Shown here piece by piece: positions 57,336 to 64,000 of a stretch of 64,000 bases of DNA (within the stretch, counting starts at the first letter, position 1; each line of letters begins with the position of its first letter). The stretch spans positions 2,752,001 through 2,816,000 of the forward strand of contig OY776562.1 in the NCBI GenBank assembly GCA_963675785.1, written 5' to 3'. Source of the stretch: Anaerolineae bacterium (GTDB lineage Bacteria > Chloroflexota > Anaerolineae > UBA1429). Made by a program: the position numbers and the translations under genes. The notes below the pieces were generated by a model. That model was not told where the DNA came from. It made no database searches and worked only from the letters and a program-made list of their open reading frames with translations.

Positions 57336-59312
57336 TCAGCTCTGGATCGGTGCTGACGAAAGCCCGGGGTGTGATAGTCCATTTTTTGATGCCAGAGGCA
57401 AGTCCTGTTCGTCCTCAAAAGAGTCTGAACATGGTTCAACGAATTCAGGCACAAGATCGTGGAGTAGCTGTCGTACGTGGTCGCCATCCTTTTGGCGCGC
57501 AGCGTCCAACAGCTCATCTACTCTCTCTAGCAGCGCCTCACCCTCGCGTATGTCCTGCTTTAGCACATACACTTTATCACATTTGCTGCGAACATATGTC
57601 TCTTTATCCAATATCAGTTCTTCAAAGAGTTTTTCACCCGGGCGCAACCCCGTGATTTTGATTTCGATATCCACATCGGGTTCCAAGCCAGCCAATTCTA
57701 TCATATCACGGGCCAGGTCAATAATCTTGATGGGTTGACCCATGTCCAATACGAACACTTCACCACCCGTACCCAAAACGCCGGCCTGCAGCACCAGCTG
57801 TACAGCCTCCGGAATGGTCATAAAGTAGCGCTGCACGCGGGCATCTGTTACCGTAACCGGGCCACCAGCCGCTATCTGTTGCTGAAAGAGCGGCACCACA
57901 CTCCCCCTGGAGCCCAGTACATTGCCAAAACGGACCGCCACATAGGCCTTGCCAGTTCTTTGAGCCACATCCTGCACCACCATCTCGGCTATGCGTTTGG
58001 TTACCCCCATCACACTGGTGGGGTTGACGGCCTTGTCGGTCGAGATCATGACAAAACGGGGCACATCATAACGCGCACAGGTTTCCACCAAGTTGCGGGT
58101 ACCATGCACGTTGTTGGTTACAGCATCCTGTATATTGTCCTCCATGAGCGGCACATGCTTGTGGGCCGCGGCATGGAACACGATTTCCGGCCTATACAGA
58201 TCAAAAATATGATTCAGCCGGCACTCGTCGCGTACATCAGCCACCACATAATCGACCGTCACCCAGGGCCACTTGAGCCTTAGCTCGCGTTGGATGTCAT
58301 ATAGCGAGTTTTCGCCATGCCCAAGAACGATCAAACTGGTTGGCCCATAACTGGCTATTTGGCGACACAACTCACTGCCAATCGATCCTCCACCGCCCGT
58401 GACTAATACCCGCCTGTGGGCGACAAGTTGCCGGATGGATTCGCGGTCTGTCTCCACCGGATCGCGCCGCAGCAGGTCCTCGATCTGAATATTGCGCAGC
58501 CGTTCCACCGAGACGCGACCATCGATGAGTTCATAGATGCCGGGCATGGTTAACATCTCTAGCTTGAGATTGCGACAAGCATCACGAAGATGTCGAACGA
58601 CATCCCCTCCCACTGAGGGCATGGCAATGATCATTTTATTGGCACCCGTTTCCTGAACGATACGGGCCACATCGGCCAACGTTCCTCTAACGCGGCAACC
58701 CATGATCTCCAGGCCCTGCTTTTGAGGGTCATCATCAACCATGGCAACAACCACATAACCCAATTGCGGATTCTGATTGATCTCGCGCAAAACGGTTATG
58801 CCTGCTTGCCCTGCGCCGGCTATCACTACCTTGGAGAATCCTTGGCGAGGCAGCGGCTTCTCTCGGGATGCTTGGCGAGCTGTTACCAACCTCAGCAGCA
58901 TACGCGGGAACGCCGCTATGCAAAGGGATAGAATAAACTCGATAATGGGTATGGAGCGGGGCATACGAGCCATTAAACCTAGCGGGGAAAACACACCATA
59001 GATCAACAAGGTGAGCGCAGCACTACCCATAAAGTTGGCGAAAATCAGAGTCACCAACTCATCAGTTCCCGCGTAGCGCCACATCCGTTTGTAAATCCCC
59101 ATGGCCCTATATATCGCCACCTTGATCAGTGAGGCAAGGATAGCATAGAAAAGTACAGATTTACCGTATGATATGGGAAAAAACTCTTCCAAGCGAATCA
59201 AAAATGCAAAAGAAATGCACAGGCCCTGGGTTACAATATCCCAGAGAACAAAGTGTCGGTTCCTAAGTTTGGAAAGAACCCTCAGGCAACTTGATGAGAC
59301 ACGCCTGGACAT
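57336..59312 (-). CDS. Membrane-bound UDP-N-acetylhexosamine 4,6-dehydratase (CapD/PglF/WbpM family)
   Basis: Four N-terminal TMs, GAGQAG, TGGGGSIGSEL, HAAAHKHVP, STDKAVNP, VRFGNVLGS, GLRPGEKL. Confidence 0.93.
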   Translation of the reverse strand: MSRRVSSSCLRVLSKLRNRHFVLWDIVTQGLCISFAFLIRLEEFFPISYGKSVLFYAILASLIKVAIYRAMGIYKRMWRYAGTDELVTLIFANFMGSAALTLLIYGVFSPLGLMARMPRSIPIIEFILSLCIAAFPRMLLRLVTARQASREKPLPRQGFSKVVIAGAGQAGITVLREINQNPQLGYVVVAMVDDDPQKQGLEIMGCRVRGTLADVARIVQETGANKMIIAMPSVGGDVVRHLRDACRNLKLEMLTMPGIYELIDGRVSVERLRNIQIEDLLRRDPVETDRESIRQLVAHRRVLVTGGGGSIGSELCRQIASYGPTSLIVLGHGENSLYDIQRELRLKWPWVTVDYVVADVRDECRLNHIFDLYRPEIVFHAAAHKHVPLMEDNIQDAVTNNVHGTRNLVETCARYDVPRFVMISTDKAVNPTSVMGVTKRIAEMVVQDVAQRTGKAYVAVRFGNVLGSRGSVVPLFQQQIAAGGPVTVTDARVQRYFMTIPEAVQLVLQAGVLGTGGEVFVLDMGQPIKIIDLARDMIELAGLEPDVDIEIKITGLRPGEKLFEELILDKETYVRSKCDKVYVLKQDIREGEALLERVDELLDAARQKDGDHVRQLLHDLVPEFVEPCSDSFEDEQDLPLASKNGLSHPGLSSAPIQS

Positions 59313-59393
59313 CTTTATTACCCCCAAGTATGCAGTCATTCTATCGATAGCCAATCGTCACATTCAGAGAAAACTTCATTGGACAGGCTAAAA

Positions 59394-60689
59394 TCAGAGT
59401 AGAACGATGTGGGCGCCTTTGACGCCGACATTGCGTGTATCAAGAATAAGGGGCGCATACTTGGCCACACTTGGCCAATCATAGGCGCTGTGGGCAGTAT
59501 GAATAAGAACGATATCAGCAGCCGACAAAAGATCTGGGTTCATGGGCTGTGATTCAAGCACCGCATCGGCCAGCCGGAGTTGGTCAACCCAGGGGTCGTT
59601 ATAAACTACGTTGGCGCCGAGTTGCAAGAGCTCACTGATAATCTCGATAGCAGGGCTTTCACGAAGGTCATCAATATCCGGCTTGTAGGCCACACCCAAA
59701 ACCACTACTTTGGCTCCCTTGAGCGGCATGGCTTTTTCATTGAGGGCATCCTGAATGCGGCGCACGACATAGTGGGGCATGGAAGAATTGATCGTATCGG
59801 CCAACTCAATGAAGCGCGTCTGCATTCCCAACCCCCGCATCTTCCAGGTCAGGTAGAGCGGGTCGATGGGAATACAATGGCCTCCCAGGCCGGGGCCCGG
59901 ATAAAAAGGCATATAGCCAAAAGGCTTGGTAGAGGCGGCAGTGATGACTTCCCAGATATCGATGCCGATTCGATCGCAGATCTGGGCCATTTCGTTCACC
60001 AGGCCAATGTTCACCGCCCGAAAAGTATTTTCGAGGATTTTGCACATCTCTGCCGCAGCCGGGCTGCTCACCGGAACCAGTGTATCCACTGCAACGCTAT
60101 AAAGCGATATAGCCACCTCGGTGCAGGCATCCGTAACTCCGCCAATTACCTTGGGGGTATTGCGCGTGTTATAGCGCTTGTTACCCGGATCTACGCGCTC
60201 TGGTGAAAAGGCCACAAAGATATCCTCACCAACGGTGAAACCGTTTTGAAGAATCCGAGGTATAAGTACTTCTTCAGTAGTGCCCGGGTAAGTTGTACTC
60301 TCCAAAACGACCGCCATCCCGGGATGCATATGGCCGCTGAGAGCATCTGCTGCAGACAGAATGTAGGAAATATCGGGGTCTTTGGATTTACCGAGCGGCG
60401 TGGGCACACAAATCACAACAGCATCTGCATCATCGAGCACAGCGTAATCCGTCGTCGCTGCGAGGCGGCCCGCGTTCACCAATGTTGCAATATCTGCATC
60501 AGGAACATCTTTGACATAACTCACACCGCTATTGATGCTCTTGCATTTGCGCGGATCAAGATCAATCCCCGTAACACGCAAGCCCCCGCGTGCAAACTCT
60601 ACAGCCAGAGGAAGCCCAACATACCCTTGGCCGATAACACAGACATGCGCAGAACCATTCGCAATTTTGGACAATAACTGCTGTTTCAT
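59394..60689 (-). CDS. UDP-N-acetylhexosamine 6-dehydrogenase (WbpA/WecC family)
   Basis: GQGYVGLP, ICVPTP, ESTTYPGTT, SPERVDPG, GGHCIP, AYKPDIDD.RESP. Confidence 0.93.
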   Translation of the reverse strand: MKQQLLSKIANGSAHVCVIGQGYVGLPLAVEFARGGLRVTGIDLDPRKCKSINSGVSYVKDVPDADIATLVNAGRLAATTDYAVLDDADAVVICVPTPLGKSKDPDISYILSAADALSGHMHPGMAVVLESTTYPGTTEEVLIPRILQNGFTVGEDIFVAFSPERVDPGNKRYNTRNTPKVIGGVTDACTEVAISLYSVAVDTLVPVSSPAAAEMCKILENTFRAVNIGLVNEMAQICDRIGIDIWEVITAASTKPFGYMPFYPGPGLGGHCIPIDPLYLTWKMRGLGMQTRFIELADTINSSMPHYVVRRIQDALNEKAMPLKGAKVVVLGVAYKPDIDDLRESPAIEIISELLQLGANVVYNDPWVDQLRLADAVLESQPMNPDLLSAADIVLIHTAHSAYDWPSVAKYAPLILDTRNVGVKGAHIVLL

Positions 60690-60748
60690 CAGTATGATCC
60701 TTATTCAACTATCTTTATGTAGGCCAAGGCCCAAGCATTCTCTACCTG

Positions 60749-60778
60749 ATTATAGGCACTGATTGAATGACACGTCAA
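60749..60778 (-). promoter_or_regulatory. Promoter of the UDP-sugar dehydrogenase gene
   Basis: TTGACG-18-TATAAT on the minus strand. Confidence 0.65.
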
Positions 60779-60923
60779 TCACACATCATTAATAAAAGCA
60801 TATATGTTATCAAAATGTTAAATACCCTCACAAAGGCGATAGGGCGGTTGACAGAGAAACAGTTTGTGTGCAAGAATCCAAACTGCTTGGATGTAATAGA
60901 GAATCGCGAGGAGAGGCAATATC

Positions 60924-61106
60924 GTGTCTGATGATCAGCTCATGACGGCTGAAGATGTGGCTAAATACCTGAATGTTCCCGTAGAAACCGTGTGGAGATG
61001 GTGTAGAAACCACACACTGCCGGCCCAAAAGCAGGGGCGGCAGTGGCAGGTTTCTCGTCAAGAATTGGACGCATTTCTTATCAAGAAAACAAATAACTGG
61101 TCTTAA
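60924..61106 (+). CDS. Small HTH_17 (excisionase/BldC-like) DNA-binding protein
   Basis: LMTAEDVAKYLNV..ETV.RW....LPA.K.GRQW; GAGG RBS. Confidence 0.88.
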   Translation: MSDDQLMTAEDVAKYLNVPVETVWRWCRNHTLPAQKQGRQWQVSRQELDAFLIKKTNNWS

Positions 61107-61114
61107 TACAGCAC

Positions 61115-62191
61115 CTAAACGGCAAAACGAATATTAAGGATATCACCATCCTGTACAATGTATTCCTTACCCTCAAGGCGAAGCTTGCCCTCTGAGCGCG
61201 CTGCTGCCAGTGTTTTGCAGGCCATCATATCGTTATAAGCAAGCACTTCGGCTCGGATGAATCCTCTCGCCAGATCGCTGTGGATGGTGCCGGCTGCCTC
61301 GACGGCTGGGGCGCCTCGACGTACGGTCCAGGCGCGAACCTCGTCTTCTCCTACCGTGAAAAAGGACATCAACCCAAGAAGATTATAGGCCGCACGAACC
61401 ATGATATTTAGACTAGGTTCTTTAATGCCATAACTCTCGAGGAACATCTCTCTTTCCTCATCATCCAACTGAGAGATTTCCATTTCGATAGAACCCCTTA
61501 GGGCCAAAACCACGTCGTTCGGATACAATTTCAGTCCGTAATCTGTCCCAGGATCATCATCTTCGCCCAAATTGAGCACAAGCATGGTGGGTTTTGCCGA
61601 AAGAAACTGAAAGCCGCGCAGCATCTGATTTTCTTCCTCGGCAAGGCCAAGCGACGATACCGTCTGTCCGTCTTCCAGAGCAGCGATAATGCGCTTCATA
61701 AGATCCATCTCAGCTTGAACCGCAGCCCGATCGCTGGCGCGTGCCTTTTTCAGATCTGATTCGAGCCTCACAATACGCCGTTCTACAACAGCCAGATCCG
61801 ATATGATCATCTCTAGCCGTAAATCTTCCAAGTCCCTCGCTGCATCAATGCTGCCTTTAGGATGGGCAACGGTCTCATCCTCAAAAACCCGCAAAACATA
61901 GACAAGCGCATCGCACGTATTCAATGCATTCAGCACCGCGGGGGCAAGGCCTTCACCCTCGTTTTGTGCCGTGCCAGCCCCAGCCACATCCTTGAATTGT
62001 ACCTTGGCGTAGGTGGTCTTGCGTGGGTTGAACATGGCAGAGAGTATATCTACACGAGGATCCAACACATCCACAATGGCCGTATTGACAGTGAACTTGC
62101 CAAAGGTGGATGTGCTAGCATTACTGCGTGTTAGCGCGTTGTAAATCGTCGTTTTGCCTGATTGTGGCAGGCCCACAATTCCTACTTGCAT
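61115..62191 (-). CDS. ychF: Obg-family ATPase YchF
   Basis: GIVGLPQSGKTT, FFTVGEDEVRAW, IHSDLARGFIRAEV, GKEYIVQDGD; GGAGG RBS. Confidence 0.95.
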   Translation of the reverse strand: MQVGIVGLPQSGKTTIYNALTRSNASTSTFGKFTVNTAIVDVLDPRVDILSAMFNPRKTTYAKVQFKDVAGAGTAQNEGEGLAPAVLNALNTCDALVYVLRVFEDETVAHPKGSIDAARDLEDLRLEMIISDLAVVERRIVRLESDLKKARASDRAAVQAEMDLMKRIIAALEDGQTVSSLGLAEEENQMLRGFQFLSAKPTMLVLNLGEDDDPGTDYGLKLYPNDVVLALRGSIEMEISQLDDEEREMFLESYGIKEPSLNIMVRAAYNLLGLMSFFTVGEDEVRAWTVRRGAPAVEAAGTIHSDLARGFIRAEVLAYNDMMACKTLAAARSEGKLRLEGKEYIVQDGDILNIRFAV

Positions 62192-62210
62192 TTTTTGACC
62201 TCCACATAGA

Positions 62211-62250
62211 GAAAAGGCGCCGAACGCCCATAGCGAACGGCGCCCCAAAA
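62211..62250 (-). terminator. Terminator-like hairpin between prs and ychF
   Basis: Minus strand GGCGCCGTTCGC-TATGG-GCGTTCGGCGCC followed by TTTTCTC. Confidence 0.55.
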
Positions 62251-62260
62251 ACTCTTTTTT

Positions 62261-63268
62261 TTACATGCCTTCGCAAGAAGAATCTTCTTGGTCCGGCCAA
62301 AAAGCAAAGAGCGAACCCACCGAATTCCCCATGACGTTTCTGCGTATGGCTTCGCCAAAGATGCGCCCCACAGAAAGTACCGTCAGCTTTTCCAGATGCT
62401 TCTCCGGCGGCAAAGGAACGGTGTTGGTAGTTACAATCTCATCTATCTCGGGAATATTGGCAAGACGCTGGACGGCAGGGCCGCTAAAGACGCCGTGTGT
62501 ACACGCCAGCGTAATGCGCTTGACATCGTTCACTCGCAAAAGATCGACCAGAGCGATAATCGAGCCACCCGTAGCAATTTCGTCATCAAAGACGATGACG
62601 TTCTTGCCCTTGATATCACCAATGATGCCAGCAATACACACTCTGTCATCTTCCAAACGTTCTTTATCGCCTGCAGCCACACCGATGCCGAGGGCTTTGG
62701 CGAGCTTGGAAGCCCGTTTTGCATGGCCGATATCGGGAGAGACGATGACTGTGTTATCCAGATTGCGCTTACGGAAATGATTAATGAATACACTTTGCGC
62801 CGTCAGGTGGTCAGTTGGTACACCGAAAAACCCGTGTACCTGAGAGGAATGCAACGTCATTGTCATTACATGACTAGCGCCAGCAGTTTGGATCAAATCA
62901 GCAATCAGCTTGCCCGTAATAGAGATGCGAGGGGCATCTTTTTTGTCAGAGCGACCGTAGGAATAATAGGGGATGATGGCATGAACTGTCTTGGCGGAAG
63001 CGCTTCGCGCCGCATCGAGCATCATCAATAATTCTAACAGATGGTCACTAACACTAGGCGAAAGAGATTGGATGATGGCAACCTCTTTGCCGCGAACGCT
63101 CTCTCCCAACTGAACAAAAAGATTGTCATTTGAGAAACGGGTAGTCACATGCGGACTCACATGACATCCTAAACTTGCAGCGATCTCGTTTGCCAATTCC
63201 GGGTGCGAGCTACCACTAAATATCCGTAGATCTTTCTGCAAGCATTGCTGTTCGTCGACTATATCCAC
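62261..63268 (-). CDS. prs: Ribose-phosphate pyrophosphokinase
   Basis: IFSGSSHPELA, IPYYSYGRSDKK, VSPDIG, DDEIATGGS, THGVFSG. Confidence 0.95.
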   Translation of the reverse strand: MDIVDEQQCLQKDLRIFSGSSHPELANEIAASLGCHVSPHVTTRFSNDNLFVQLGESVRGKEVAIIQSLSPSVSDHLLELLMMLDAARSASAKTVHAIIPYYSYGRSDKKDAPRISITGKLIADLIQTAGASHVMTMTLHSSQVHGFFGVPTDHLTAQSVFINHFRKRNLDNTVIVSPDIGHAKRASKLAKALGIGVAAGDKERLEDDRVCIAGIIGDIKGKNVIVFDDEIATGGSIIALVDLLRVNDVKRITLACTHGVFSGPAVQRLANIPEIDEIVTTNTVPLPPEKHLEKLTVLSVGRIFGEAIRRNVMGNSVGSLFAFWPDQEDSSCEGM

Positions 63269-63448
63269 CCCGAATCCTCCCCTGCTAGCTCAGGAGTCAG
63301 ATACCAGCCCCCCAATCGAAAGACACGGGGGAGTGTACCATAACCACAAGTACAGTCCAACTCATCCTTTCATGCTTGGCATTTTGCTTGCATATACCCA
63401 AATGGTATAGTATCGCGCAGTAACTTGATCGAACAGGAGAAAAATAGC

Positions 63449-64000
63449 GTGCGACGAATAGCTCATTTGCTCCTCATACTTGCATGTTTGTGGACCATTG
63501 TGCTACCAGCAAGCGTCTCGGCGGATAGTACTGCCAACCTTCTGGTCAACCCTGGCTTTGAAGAAGGCGAGCACAAAACAGAAGATATGGGCACCAGCCT
63601 GTCCTCATCAGTGGGCAATGGCTGGACGCCATGGTCTGTCCTAGGCGATGTAACAATAAATCGCGAGGTAGAATACAAAGTCCTCGATGTGGCCACCCTT
63701 CCCGATAGCTATAACATTCATTCGGGAAACCATTGCCAAAAGTTTTTTACGACTTGGGGAACCCATACAGCCGGATTCTATCAGCGTGTGGCCGTAGAGC
63801 CGGGAAGCCTGGTTACTTTTTCCATCTGGGTGCAGATATATACGGGAGAACGAGAGCTCTACTCGAACGGTCACGCCATCTCGGACTTGAACTGGCCCAC
63901 GGAGAGCAATCCCGATCAGGGTCCGGGATTATATGCCGTTTCCGCCGGCATTGATCCTTACGGCAATACCCCTGTGGGCTTTGGCGCAGCTCCCTCTTCG
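63449..64000 (+). CDS. Secreted protein with CBM4/9-like N-terminal domain, 3' partial (absent from the ORF track)
   Basis: AGGAG RBS, GTG start, signal peptide MRRIAHLLLILACLWTIVLPASVSA, then NLLVNPGFEEG..GWTPW..AGFYQRVAV..GIDPYG; open to the window end. Confidence 0.8.
   Translation, partial: MRRIAHLLLILACLWTIVLPASVSADSTANLLVNPGFEEGEHKTEDMGTSLSSSVGNGWTPWSVLGDVTINREVEYKVLDVATLPDSYNIHSGNHCQKFFTTWGTHTAGFYQRVAVEPGSLVTFSIWVQIYTGERELYSNGHAISDLNWPTESNPDQGPGLYAVSAGIDPYGNTPVGFGAAPSS

Noticed and set aside
60828-61106. Prophage or ICE signalled by the excisionase-like gene
   Set aside because: No integrase, att-like repeat, tRNA or phage gene nearby; flanked by housekeeping genes

Overview
64-kb bacterial chromosome segment, most likely Chloroflexota (Anaerolineae-like). 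This is inferred from a YYY/DUF2298 membrane protein, Pro/Thr-rich linkers, an archaeal/fungal-type Asd and a secretin-less Tad locus. It is mostly core genes: rpsT, rel, a PPIase, an S6-S18 ORF, maf, an orphan OmpR-family regulator, tsaE-tsaB-rimI-surE, degV, hisZGDCBHAFIE, def, feoAB, lysC-asd, recA-recX-rny-spoVS, ricT-holB, holA, ychF and prs. It also carries a 13-gene Tad/Flp pilus operon preceded by two sugar-nucleotide genes. I saw no tRNA, rRNA, CRISPR array, transposase or integrase. Most notable observations: (1) ribosomal proteins S6 and S18 are fused into one polypeptide behind an S6:S18-type leader; (2) a 21-bp box (18/21 identical, CtrA-box-like direct repeat) is shared by the promoters of the orphan response regulator and the flp pilin operon 49 kb away, suggesting an undescribed pilus regulon; (3) an unannotated His-His-His leader peptide attenuator precedes the his operon; (4) a protein coupled to lysC-asd has HAD motifs in circularly permuted order; (5) two long structured RNA candidates flank recX-rny-spoVS; (6) the first gene has no stop codon before its terminator; (7) the Tad operon has unusual accessory subunits. 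All family assignments come from motif recognition by eye, with no database searches.
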